A stretch of DNA of 64,000 nt from Blastocatellia bacterium (GCA_046331525.1 JAXLQQ010000014.1:10296-74295), one strand, 5' to 3'; positions 8,785-18,498 are shown, numbered from the stretch's first letter. Notes: generated by a model from the sequence alone, not told the origin. Numbers and translations are program-made.

Positions 8785-9372
8785 TTATTTGGAGCTGGCC
8801 CGGCGATTATCACTTTGCAGCGTCAATTCGTTTTTGACCGAAAAGACACCAGAAACACCATTGGCTTTGACATTGGCCAGCGTCTTATCGCTTTCGCTAT
8901 CCACAATGCCTTTCAGCGTGACGTTCCCATTTTTGACGATGATGTGAATGGAAGGCACTGCGCCCATGCCATAACGATAAATCGGCGAATCGAAGTTAAA
9001 GAGCGTAAGATAAATCGCGCGCCGAATGCGGTCATCATTGGGCGAAAGCGGCAATACTTCGATTTGATTATTCACCTTTGTTACGCCCTCAATGTCCTTC
9101 ACTACGTTTTCCGCATCCGATTTTAATACAGGTCGTACAACCTGCCCCTGCAATGTCACAGTACCGTCGGCTTGCACTTCAAATTGCAGCCAGTCAAAGA
9201 CGCCGTAATACGGCAGCATTACCAGTTCGTGCCGCACTTCTTTAATCAGATAGGAACGCACGCGATCATTATTTGTCTGACGCTGCTGGTTAGCTGTAGT
9301 TGGTGTCACAGCTAACGTTGCCATTGAAGCAAGCAACAGCAAAACAACACTTAGTTTAGTCATTCGTTTCAT
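8785..9372 (-). CDS. secreted BON domain protein (two BON repeats)
   Basis: Start set at MKRMTK (ATG 9372, GGAGGAA RBS). Signal peptide LSVVLLLLASMATLAV. Repeats VTLQGQVVRPVLKSDAENVVKDIEGVTKVNNQIEV and VTLKGIVDSESDKTLANVKANGVSGVFSVKNEL. Confidence 0.8.
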   Translation of the reverse strand: MKRMTKLSVVLLLLASMATLAVTPTTANQQRQTNNDRVRSYLIKEVRHELVMLPYYGVFDWLQFEVQADGTVTLQGQVVRPVLKSDAENVVKDIEGVTKVNNQIEVLPLSPNDDRIRRAIYLTLFNFDSPIYRYGMGAVPSIHIIVKNGNVTLKGIVDSESDKTLANVKANGVSGVFSVKNELTLQSDNRRASSK

Positions 9373-9453
9373 GTTTGTTTCCTCCAAGGTTGAGATAAGC
9401 AAACTGCGCGCCAGAGGAGCGTGTATGACAGGCAGTTCACTTATCGCACATCA

Positions 9454-9822
9454 CTAGCGGTTGCGTTCCTGATAGTCTTCGGAAGAAGCGGGGTCGAGTT
9501 CCCAGCGATGCTTATCACGAGCAGACAATTTTTCTTCTGTGTGTAAGGGTTCGTTGTCTTCGTAAGTGATGCCCATCGCTTCGCCCAATTCTTCGACCAC
9601 ACTTTGATCCGGCGTGGGATTGCCGCCGCTCACAGACTCTTCGCCAACATCGGCATCTTCCCAGGCGGCATCCACATCGCCGCCCGACAACACAGGCGAA
9701 GTGGCGTGATGTTCGCGCTGTTTTTTGCGCATTTGCTCTTGCCCGGCCAGGACGCTCGGCGAAGCCTCCGTCGCCTCCTGACGTGCAGTTTCTGTTGCTG
9801 ATGGGTTGTCTTTGCGATTCAC
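9454..9822 (-). CDS. DUF6335-like acidic protein
   Basis: GTG 9822 is preceded by AAGGAG. The pattern SPVLSGGDVDAAWEDADVGEESVSGGNPTPDQSVVEELGEAMG...RWELDPASSEDY matches my recollection of the DUF6335 family. The longer ORF to 9870 would run into the palindrome. Confidence 0.55.
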   Translation of the reverse strand: MNRKDNPSATETARQEATEASPSVLAGQEQMRKKQREHHATSPVLSGGDVDAAWEDADVGEESVSGGNPTPDQSVVEELGEAMGITYEDNEPLHTEEKLSARDKHRWELDPASSEDYQERNR

Positions 9823-9839
9823 AATTGTCTCCTTAAGCG

Positions 9840-9911
9840 GACGGCAGAGGCCGACTGTCAAGGAGGGCATATACGAACTACGCCCTTCTTGACAGTCGGG
9901 CCTCTGCCGTC
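9840..9911. terminator. 72-nt palindrome (about 29-nt arms) downstream of the M50 protease gene
   Basis: GACGGCAGAGGCCGACTGTCAAGGAGGGC ... GCCCTTCTTGACAGTCGGGCCTCTGCCGTC. Starts 2 nt after the stop at 9913 (minus-strand direction). Confidence 0.65.
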
Positions 9912-9912
9912 T

Positions 9913-11043
9913 TTACATTTTCAATTCGGCGCGGGTGAGCAGATAGCGCAGAATCTGATCGCGCGAAATCATGCCGGCCAACCGCCCGTTGGCGAGTGCG
10001 GGTAGCTGATTGACATCGTCGCGCCCGATGATTTCCAGCGCTTCGCTGACAGGCGTTTCCGGCGTGACGGTTTTCAACTGCTCCAGCGGGCGCATCACAT
10101 CGTAGATCGTCGTGTAGGGCCACCGCGCCTGCTCAACTTCTTTGACCTCGTTGGGCGTAATCAGCCCCGTGATGCGCCCCTGTTCTGCGACCAGAAAGCA
10201 GCGGCGTCCGGTGTGCAACAAATATTCGTGGACGAAGGTTTGCAAATTGGTGTTGCCGTCCACAATCGTGCAATCGCGCGTCATCAAATCGCCCACGCGC
10301 ACGCCCTGTAAACGCTCGATAACTTCCTGCTGCACATAGGCTGAACGCGCGGCATTGAGCAGAAACCAGCCAATAAACGCCATCCACAAACCGCTCAAGC
10401 CCGCGCCGTTGAAGAAGCGAAAAATGCCCAGAAAGATAAAGCCAAAGGCGACCAATTGCCCCATTCCGGCAGCCAGCCGCGTGGCGCGCTGCGCGTTGCC
10501 TGTAAGCCACCAGATCAACGCGCGCAGCACGCGCCCGCCATCCATCGGAAAGCCCGGAATTAAATTGAATAGCGCCAGCCCCAGATTGATATAGCCCAGC
10601 CAAACAAACATCGCCATCAGTGGCGTAGTCGGTTCGCTGTTCGCCTCCCAACCCTGCACCCAGGCTACGAATAAGCAGGCAAGCCCAATCACAGCGCTCG
10701 TAACCGGGCCGACGACGCCGACCAGAAATTCGGTCTTGGCATCCTCGGCGTCTTTTTCCATCTGCGCCACGCCGCCCAGCGCGAACAGCGTGATGGAATT
10801 TACCGGCACACCGCGCCAGCGCGCGACGATGGCGTGCGAAAGTTCGTGCGCCACGATAGCGGCGAAAAACAGCAATGCCGTCACAATCGCCAAGCCCCAA
10901 ACCACGCCTAATGCCCAATCAGGATGCGCAGCCTGAAAATGCGCAGCCAGCGAGAACGCAATCAATAAGGCAATCATCAGCCAACTGTAATGCAGTCCAA
11001 TACTGATGCCGAAAATGCGCCCTAGTTTAATTTGTGCTTCCAT
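9913..11043 (-). CDS. M50 site-2 protease family metalloprotease with C-terminal CBS pair
   Basis: 376 aa. [14 protein letters not shown] (HExxH), multiple TM helices, [14 protein letters not shown]. Two CBS-like modules near the C-terminus. Confidence 0.9.
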   Translation of the reverse strand: MEAQIKLGRIFGISIGLHYSWLMIALLIAFSLAAHFQAAHPDWALGVVWGLAIVTALLFFAAIVAHELSHAIVARWRGVPVNSITLFALGGVAQMEKDAEDAKTEFLVGVVGPVTSAVIGLACLFVAWVQGWEANSEPTTPLMAMFVWLGYINLGLALFNLIPGFPMDGGRVLRALIWWLTGNAQRATRLAAGMGQLVAFGFIFLGIFRFFNGAGLSGLWMAFIGWFLLNAARSAYVQQEVIERLQGVRVGDLMTRDCTIVDGNTNLQTFVHEYLLHTGRRCFLVAEQGRITGLITPNEVKEVEQARWPYTTIYDVMRPLEQLKTVTPETPVSEALEIIGRDDVNQLPALANGRLAGMISRDQILRYLLTRAELKM

Positions 11044-11061
11044 ACTTGTTTTCTCTCTGCC

Positions 11062-12381
11062 TTAGCTGCCAGGTTGCTTCAGCACTTCCTGCACGCTCTG
11101 GCCGGTATCCATCGCCCGTTGCGCCAGCTTCGCAGCTTCCATAAAACCAAGTTCCTGATTATGCAGCGCGGCTAAGCCAACCGTGCGTTCGGCGTACATT
11201 GCGCAGCGTTCTCGATGGGCCTGAATGCCGCGCACACATTTTTCGGTGAAGCTGCGTACCGCGTGCGCCAGCACATCCAATGATTCCAGCAAGGCATACG
11301 CGACATACGGCATCATCACATTCAATTCCAGTTGCCCTGCTGCGCCGCATTGTGCGATGGCGGCATCTTGTCCCAACACGTGATAGCAAACCATATTCAG
11401 CATTTCGGCCAGTGCCGGATTCACCTTGCCAGGCATAATCGAAGAACCCGGCTGCACGGCAGGCAATTCAATTTCGTTCAGCCCCGTGTTGGGGCCGGAA
11501 CTGAGCAGGCGAATGTCATTCGCAATCTTGGTCAATTCCACCGCAATGCCGCGCAATGCACCGGACAGCGCGACCAAATCATTCAGGCTCTGCGTCGCCG
11601 CAAAACGATTCGGCGCGGCGCGCAATGGCAAGCCCGTGTGGTGCGCCAGCCGTTCAATCACGAGGCGCGTGTAATCAGGATTTGTGTTGACGCCGTTGCC
11701 AATCGCCGTGCCGCCGAGCGGCAATTCAATCAAAGCCCGCTGCGCCATTCGTAAGCGTTCGTTTCGCGTTCCAGAATGGCGGCATATGCACCAAACTCCT
11801 CGCCCAACATCGGCACCGCACGCAGATGCGCGCCCGGATTTACGCACGTCGGCAAATTCGCGGGACTTGTCTGCGCAGGTGTTGTTGCCAGTTCTGAAAG
11901 CGTAGCGTTCAGGAGTTCGCTCAGACGTAAAGCAGCAATGCGTATTGCGGAAGGCATCGTGTCGTTCGGATTGCGAATGATTGACGTGATCGTTGGGATG
12001 CAGAAATCCATAGTGCCGCGCGGCTGGCCTAATAATTCCAGCGCGCGGTTCGCAATCACTTCGTTAACATTCATATTGAATGACGCCAGCGCCCGCCTGA
12101 AAAACATCCACTCAGCCTGCTGCGCCACTTCCTCATCATTACCCAGTTGCGCGAATAATGGCATCGGCCTGTTCCGGCGATTGCGCCTGTTGCGCGATTT
12201 CCGCCTCTGCCGCCGCGCGTTTGATTTCGGCATAAGCGGCAAGGGCAGGAGGCAGGCGCAAATTACTGATGCGAAAGTTTTCCAACGCCTGCTGCGTTTG
12301 CACGCCGTATGGGTGCCGCAGCCGAACCTGCACTTCAAGCGGACGGCCTCCACACGAACCTGCTTTTCTTTTTGCCTTCAT
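11062..12381 (-). pseudogene. aspA: aspartate ammonia-lyase / class II fumarase family gene, multiply frameshifted
   Basis: The lyase-1 signature GSSIMPGKVNP and the C-terminal half are in one frame (11062-11847). NVNEVIANRALELLG and NDTMPSAIRIAA are in a second frame, HPNDHVN in a third. The N-terminal YGVQTQQALENF is back in the first frame (12139-12381). Confidence 0.8.
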
Positions 12382-12742
12382 ATCTGAGTTCCTTCTTCTC
12401 CCATTGCGTTAAAGGCTCTGCAAATATGAGGGGCCCAGGCTGGCCTGGATCATAGGGCGGGGTGGGATGCTCTGGTTCAGGCGGCTATGTACGGGTTCCT
12501 CCGGCTTTGGCACTGATAATCCGGCAAATCGCCTGGTTTAGGTATAGGAACATCAGGCGGCTGGGGAAAAGCTGGATTAGCTAACGAAAAAGATAGCGAT
12601 GAAATCTGATTCAGTGGTCACAAAGGCAAAAATTGGTATTACGGGCACATAGCTGCTATCATTTCGCTCCTGCACAAACAACAGAAGGAAATTAAACGGA
12701 GCGGACGACACTCAACTGATGTACAGGTCAGCAGTGCTTACT

Positions 12743-12925
12743 TTAGCGATTCATCCTGCCGTGTTGCGACTGCTGTTGATTACCCGCATATTGCTCCGGT
12801 TGTTGATCGAATTTGCGTTTGCACCAAGCTGAGCAGAAATAATAGTCCTTACCCTGAAATTGCGATTTCCCGTAGCCGCCGCCGGGTCATCTACCCGCAT
12901 ACAAACGGGATCAGTTTGGTATCAC
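12743..12925 (-). pseudogene. YHS-domain protein remnant (frameshifted)
   Basis: AAGGAGG RBS plus GTG at 12925. Fragments IPFVCG / VDDPAAA / GKDYYFCSAWCKRKFDQQPEQYA lie in three different frames. Paralogous to the intact YHS gene at 45580. Confidence 0.5.
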
Positions 12926-12937
12926 AATAGTTCCTCC

Positions 12938-13190
12938 TTATTTTGGTTTATGCCTTCTGCCTTCATCATTGCAAAGCGGGTGCCAGATACTCGTCGTTAT
13001 GCACCGCGCCGCGCGAATTTCAGCTTCAGCACGATACCAATCGCTAAGATCATCAGTTGCTGTTTTCGCCCCGCTGTCACAGTCTGCAAGCACGCCTACG
13101 AATACGTTCCCGTGATGTTGACTGATGGCGTGGCAGGTGGGGTTACGTTGGTAATACTTCTTCTGACCTGGCTTTGCTTTCTTATTTACT
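12938..13190 (-). pseudogene. DUF2934-like small protein remnant
   Basis: RERIRRRACRL-TGA-QRGENSN in one frame and DDLSDWYRAEAEIRAAR in another reproduce the ERIxxRAYxLWxxRG...DWxxAExE pattern. There is no ATG after the AGGAG at 13188-13193. Confidence 0.4.
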
Positions 13191-13489
13191 CCTGATGAAT
13201 ACGTTGTTGTGGAAACGGCTTTTTGGGCAGTTTTACCGTATCACCTGAGTGGCACGCCCACAAACACCAGAGACAAACCAAAAGCTGTACGAATGTCGAG
13301 CAGCCGTTCTCAGGAAATACGCCCCAGTTAAGCCAGGTGAATAGTGGCGATTGCTGCCCCATCTTCCACAGTTGTTTTGGGCAACCGTCGTGCCGATGGT
13401 TTGGCGCACGGCTTGCAGCAAGGCTGAAACACGATGAAGGAAAAGGAGCAAGCAGGGCAGAATGAATGAATTCCTTCCAAGGGGCAGGC

Positions 13490-16340
13490 AACCAAGTACG
13501 ACTGCCACTAGCCAATTTATCGCCTGCAATTTCATTCTGGAGTTTCAAGGTTTACCACAAGCAACTACCCTAGTGCCGTATTTTGCGGCATTGGGCATCA
13601 GCGATTTATATGCTTCTCCACTGCCTCTGCTGCGCGCCCCGGCAGCCAGCATGGTTATGACGTAATTGATCCGACGCGCCTCAACCGAGGTGGAAGCGAA
13701 ACAGAATGGCAAATCGCTGGCTACGCCAGGAACGTAAGATGGGAGTGCGTTACAGATGTCGCCAAATCGCGCGTGCATTGCGGTAGCAGCAATGAATGGT
13801 GGAACGATTTGCTGGAAAACGGCCCCGGCTCGCCCTTCGCCGCGTTCTTCGATATTGATCAGCACCCGCCAAAATGGAATTTGGAAAACAAAGTGCTACT
13901 ACCCATTCTAGGCGACCACTATGGCCGTGTGCTGGAAAATCAGAGCTGCAACCGTGTTACCAGGGCGGCAGTTTTTTCGCTGTGCAATACTTCACGAAAC
14001 CAGATTACCCATAGCGCCGCGTTCGGCAACGGCTGCTGCGGCTGTTATTGGAATCGCTGCTGAGCAAACAGAAGCAGCGGAGATGCAACGGGCAGAACTG
14101 GAAAGCATCATCTTTGCGCTCGAAATTGCCGCCATGAAGAACTTAATCCCGTCAAAATAAAACAACGGCGACGCGAAAAAGAAATTGTGAACGATGTCGC
14201 CTTTCCGCACTGGTCAGTGAGCCGTGAATTGCACAGTGCGCTGAACGCGTGCTGTGCGAGGTGAACGGCGTCAAAGGCGAGCCGCACAGTTTTTGATAGG
14301 CTGGTGCTGGCCGCGTACTGCTCGGCGGTTTGCCCTGGCGCGTAGCGGCGGACGAAATAATTACCGACGCTTTTGACGTAAAACGAACTGGCCGCCATTC
14401 GCATTGAGGACAAAAAGTTTTTTAAGCCGCCGTGCATCGCCTCTGTCTTTTCGCCTGTTGCGCGAAGGCGTCGTGACAGGATTGCGCATTGACCATATTG
14501 ACGGACTACTTGACCCGGAGCGGTATCTGGAACAATTGCACCGCATCTGTCGACGGCACTGCGGCTCCGGCGCGGTGGACAGTTATGTTGTCGTCGAAAA
14601 AATTCTCGGCCCCGATGAACGGCGCGCGCAGTGGGCAACACAGGCACAACGGGCTACGACTTTCTGAACCTGCTCAACGGCCTGTTTGTGGAGGAGCGCG
14701 GATAAAGCGGCCTTTCAGCAAATCTGGCGACGGGCTGACACGGCGGAAAAACTTCGACGACGTCGCGTACGAAGGGAAAAGTTAATCCTGCACGCGGCGT
14801 TGTCCGGCGAATGCGATAAAGTTGTCGCGGCGGTTAGAACGCATCGGCGAACATCGCTACTCGCGCGATTTTACGCTCAACAGCTTGCGGCGCAGTGCTG
14901 GGCGAAGTGATCGCTTTCCGGTTCTATCGCAGTTACCTGCGCCCCGGCAGCAGAAATGCACAGCAGCACAACAGAAATTCGCGGTGAAGAGGCCGCCTAT
15001 TTTGAGCGGCGGGCACAACTGCGCAATCCTGCGCTTAGCCCCACGATTTTTGCTTTTATTCGTTCGCTGCTGCTGCTGGAAGAGCCGGACGGATTGACGG
15101 CAGAGCAACGGCTGGAGCGGCGCAACTTTGTGCTGCGTTTCCAGCAATTGACCAGTCCGGTAACGGCGAAGGGCGTCGAAGACACGGCGTTTTATCGCTA
15201 CTATCCGCTGGCCTCGTTATGCGAAGTCGGCGGGCATCCTGCGCAATTCGGCACCACGCTGGCGAATTTTCACAAAGCCAATCAGCAACGCTTGCAGGAC
15301 TGGCCGCATTCGTTGCTGGCAACCTCAACGCACGACACCAAACGCAGTGAAGACGTGCGCGCACGTCTCAACGTGCTGGCCGTCAGAAAATTCCCGCGCA
15401 ATGGTATCGCGCCGTACGCCGCGAAGGCTCAATCAGGAATACAAAACCGTCGTGGAGAGCAACCCGCGCCCGACGACCGCGAATACCTGCTCTATCAAAC
15501 CCTGGTCGGCGCGCTGCCTTTCGCCGTAAGTGAGGGCGCGCGGCAAAACTTTCTGCAACGGATGCAGGAATATGCGTCAAAGCCTTGCGCGAGGCGAAAC
15601 GGCATTCCAGCTGGCTGAATCCCAACGAAGAATACGAGCAGGCGGTGCGCGATTTTGTGGCTCGCCTGCTGGCCGCAGACAGTGCGTTCCTGCCGCAATT
15701 GCGCGAGTTTCAGCAGCCCATCGCGCGCGCCGGAATGTTCAATTCGCTGATGTCATCGCCAAAATCACTGTGCCGGGTGCCGATTTTTATCAGGGAACGG
15801 AGCTGCGGATTTCAGTTTAGTTGACCCGACAATCGGCAGGCGGTGGATTATATCGAGCGGCAGCAGTTGTTGCAGTCGTTGCCGTCAGAAGAGAAACCGG
15901 ATGTGAGGAACTCTACACAACGCCCACGATGGACGCATCAAGTTATTTGTCATACAACGAGCACTGACACTGCGGCACAAACAGAGAACTGTTTGAATAA
16001 GGCGAATACCTGCCCTTGCGGAGTGAAGGAACGCACGCACGTCACGTCATTAGCTTTTGCCTGCTGCCTGCGGCAACAAACCGTTATCGTGGTTGCCACG
16101 CGCCTTTTTATCTCCCTAAGCTGGCTGAATTTCCATTGGGGTACGAGGTCTGTGGGCATGGTGATTGCGTTGCCGGATGAATGGCAGGCTGTTACCGCAA
16201 TGTTTTCACGGGGCGAAACCTTTTTGCCGCAATCTGGCGAGGCGCTGGCGTTGGCGCAGGTTTGCGCACACCTGCTGTTTGCGCGTTTGTGCAAAGAGCC
16301 CCACTACACCCTACCCATTTCCCATTCCTATTCCGAATAG
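13490..16340 (+). pseudogene. treY: malto-oligosyltrehalose synthase, heavily decayed
   Basis: TreY-like blocks are scattered over all three + frames: LVPYFAALGISDLYASP, ARPGSQHGYDVIDPTRLN, NEWWNDLLENGPGSPFAAFFDIDQ, KVLLPILGDHYGRVLEN, GLRIDHIDGLLDPERY, YVVVEKIL, RFQQLTSPVTAKGVEDTAFYRY, LATSTHDTKRSEDVRARL, REAKRHSSWLNPNEEYE. The conserved IVPNHM block reads MSPNRA. Confidence 0.8.
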
Positions 16341-16381
16341 GCGATGGAATAGGAATGGGAAATGGGTAGGGTGTAGTGGGG
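16299..16381. terminator. 83-nt palindrome with perfect 36-nt arms between convergent genes
   Basis: CCCCACTACACCCTACCCATTTCCCATTCCTATTCC - GAATAGGCGAT - GGAATAGGAATGGGAAATGGGTAGGGTGTAGTGGGG. Lies between the end of the treY remnant (+) and the DUF5335 stop (-). Confidence 0.75.
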
Positions 16382-16390
16382 AATATTTCT

Positions 16391-16744
16391 TCAGGACACG
16401 CCATCTACCAGCGATTCCATCCGCAACAGTAGGAGCACGCCGTTTTCGTCTTCAATTTCCAGCCCATCTTCGCTGTGATACGTGTCGAAATGGGTGTTCA
16501 GGCGTTTGACGTTGGTGATGGTAGTCACGATTGTTTGCGGTTCTGTGGTTGATTGATCCCGCCGTGTAACAATTAGTTGAGGAGCATCTGCGCCCTCGAA
16601 TTTCAACGTGAGGTTTTCCAGATGTGCTTCCTGCTCTTCTTCCTGCACGCCTTCACGGTCGAAGCGTTCAAAGCGAGCGCGGCGGGCGTGGTTGCGGCGG
16701 CTGAAATTCGCCAGAAAATCTGTCCATTGTGATTGGTTTATCAT
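16391..16744 (-). CDS. DUF5335-like protein
   Basis: 117 aa. N-terminal QWTDFLANFSRRNHARRARFE and an acidic C-terminal half match my recollection of the family. Starts 14 nt after the SDR stop. Confidence 0.5.
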   Translation of the reverse strand: MINQSQWTDFLANFSRRNHARRARFERFDREGVQEEEQEAHLENLTLKFEGADAPQLIVTRRDQSTTEPQTIVTTITNVKRLNTHFDTYHSEDGLEIEDENGVLLLLRMESLVDGVS

Positions 16745-16758
16745 CTACACCTCTCCCA

Positions 16759-17883
16759 TTAATGGATTTGATTATTGCGCACTGCCGCCTCTTCATTGGG
16801 GGCGGTCAACCACGAAGGTGAGAGCCACGATTCGCTGTCTTCGCCTTTCGCGGCGGTCTTCCCAATCCCGCCGGGGCCAGGTAACAAGCGATTCACAAGG
16901 CTCAACGCCTCGGTCGTAAGTGCGGGGAAATTGGCGTTCATCTGCGCCGCAATTTTTGCTGGCAGCGAAAGCACAACCTCATCCGTTCCCTGCTGACAGG
17001 CGGCAACTATATCCCGCGCCGCTTCTTCCGCACTCATCGAAAGCAATGGCAACGAATCACCGATACTGAACCAGGCATATTCGGCGCGATGCTGTCCTTT
17101 GAAAGTAGCGTTGCGCGGGCTGCCCGTACGCATCAAACCAGGAAACACCGTGGTCACGACGATGCCATCTTTGCGCAGTTCGGCGCGCAATCCCTTCGAT
17201 AAACCAGCCAAAGCAAATTTGCTGGCGCTGTACGGCACCAAATGCGGCACACTGATTTTGCCGCCGATAGAAACGATGTTGACGATGCGCCCTTGCCGCT
17301 GCGCTTTCATTGCAGGCAAGGCGGCTAGAATCGCATGCAATGCCGCGTAATAATTTGTCTGCATCGCCTCATCAAAATCTGCGAGCGTCATTTCTTCTAC
17401 TGGCGCAACGCTGATGATGCCTGCGTTATTCACCAACACATCTAAAGAGCCAAAATACTCCGTGACCTGTTCGATTAATACCTCTGCCTGCCGTGCGTCG
17501 GTAAGGTCACACGGAAACGCCTGCACGCGGCAGCCCTCGTGCAACAGGTTCAGGCTCGCGTGTGTAAGCTCATCAATGTCGCGCGCGCAAATCGCTACTT
17601 GCGCACCCTGCCGACAAAACGCGCGCGCCAGCTCCAAGCCCAGGCCACGCGAACCGCCGGTAATCAACACTGTCTTGCCAGTCAAATCATATTCATTGAA
17701 TTTGCGCCACACTGCCCGCGCAGCCAGTAAAGATGCAGCTCCACCTATCGTCCACGCCAGAGCTTTTCGCTGTTGTCGTCTCTTGGCCGACCTGGGCAAA
17801 AGCCAATGCTTTGCTAAATTAAGAGCAAGTTTTGTTTTCCAGTTCATAAACAAAGAATGGCGGCGATAGTCGAAAGCTATCAC
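16759..17883 (-). CDS. SDR family oxidoreductase with N-terminal membrane segment
   Basis: KTVLITGGSRGLGLELARAF (TGxxxGxG), NNAGI, YSASKFALAGLSKGL (YxxxK). The start is uncertain (GTG 17883 or ATG 17847). Confidence 0.85.
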   Translation of the reverse strand: MIAFDYRRHSLFMNWKTKLALNLAKHWLLPRSAKRRQQRKALAWTIGGAASLLAARAVWRKFNEYDLTGKTVLITGGSRGLGLELARAFCRQGAQVAICARDIDELTHASLNLLHEGCRVQAFPCDLTDARQAEVLIEQVTEYFGSLDVLVNNAGIISVAPVEEMTLADFDEAMQTNYYAALHAILAALPAMKAQRQGRIVNIVSIGGKISVPHLVPYSASKFALAGLSKGLRAELRKDGIVVTTVFPGLMRTGSPRNATFKGQHRAEYAWFSIGDSLPLLSMSAEEAARDIVAACQQGTDEVVLSLPAKIAAQMNANFPALTTEALSLVNRLLPGPGGIGKTAAKGEDSESWLSPSWLTAPNEEAAVRNNQIH

Positions 17884-17898
17884 TGCCCTATATTTGAT

Positions 17899-18399
17899 TT
17901 ATACCTTAGCCGTAGTATCGCTAGCTGAACGATGCGACAGTGAACTTGGCGAATCCAAATGCGCGCCATTGTCTACGCCCACACCCAACCTTTCGACAAG
18001 TTCACCACCTAACCAGCCTGTCACCATTACCAACCCCACGCCCACATAGGAAAGCGCGAGAGCCTCTGTAGAAGGCAAAGCCGGGTCGCCTCGACGTAAC
18101 CACCAACTGCCGATGAAGAGCAGCACTACAATTACATTGCCGACGCCGTGCAATGTGCCAATGCGTTTCGCGCGCGTGTTAGATGGAATTGCCAGCCAAT
18201 CCACTACACCAAATACTGCCGCGACTAGCCCGCCGATTACACCCGCCACAAGCATCCAATACGCGACAACTGTCATCATCCGGTTATCTGTAAACAGATA
18301 AATTGTATCGAAAATAACCGTAGTCGCCAGTAAGCCTAGCGGAAACACAATCAAAATAGGATGTAAGGCATGTCCAAATAATTTTGCTCTACTTTCCAT
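17899..18399 (-). CDS. DUF2231 domain membrane protein
   Basis: Start set at MESRAKL (ATG 18399, GGGGGAG RBS). FGHALHPILIVFPLGLLATTVIFD and four TM helices. The longer ORF to 18537 would read through the palindromes. Confidence 0.75.
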   Translation of the reverse strand: MESRAKLFGHALHPILIVFPLGLLATTVIFDTIYLFTDNRMMTVVAYWMLVAGVIGGLVAAVFGVVDWLAIPSNTRAKRIGTLHGVGNVIVVLLFIGSWWLRRGDPALPSTEALALSYVGVGLVMVTGWLGGELVERLGVGVDNGAHLDSPSSLSHRSASDTTAKV

Positions 18400-18420
18400 A
18401 TCTCCCCCTCGTTTGTCGTA

Positions 18421-18498
18421 CTGCAAACAGCATGTTTGCAGCCCTGCTCTGCCGACGTGGCACAATCCTGGTGAATCCTGCAAACAGGATGTTTGCAG
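18421..18498. promoter_or_regulatory. Direct pair of 21-nt palindromes CTGCAAACAG[C/G]ATGTTTGCAG upstream of the DUF2231-SDR-DUF5335 operon
   Basis: Copy 1 at 18421-18441 and copy 2 at 18478-18498, differing by one loop base. Each has the core GCAAAC-N5-GTTTGC. They lie 22-99 nt upstream of the start at 18399 and just downstream of the ADH stop at 18510. Confidence 0.5.

Noticed and set aside
10133-10918. 261-aa Arg/Gly-rich ORF on the minus strand
   Set aside because: It lies entirely inside the well-supported M50 protease gene in another frame. The Arg/Ala/Gly-rich composition is typical of off-frame reading of GC-rich coding DNA. It is a shadow ORF.
13081-13130. TGA at an expected Trp position as a sign of TGA=Trp recoding or an alternative genetic code
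   Set aside because: All intact genes in the window use TGA as a normal stop. The remnant also carries frameshifts and a lost start codon. Simple mutational decay explains it.
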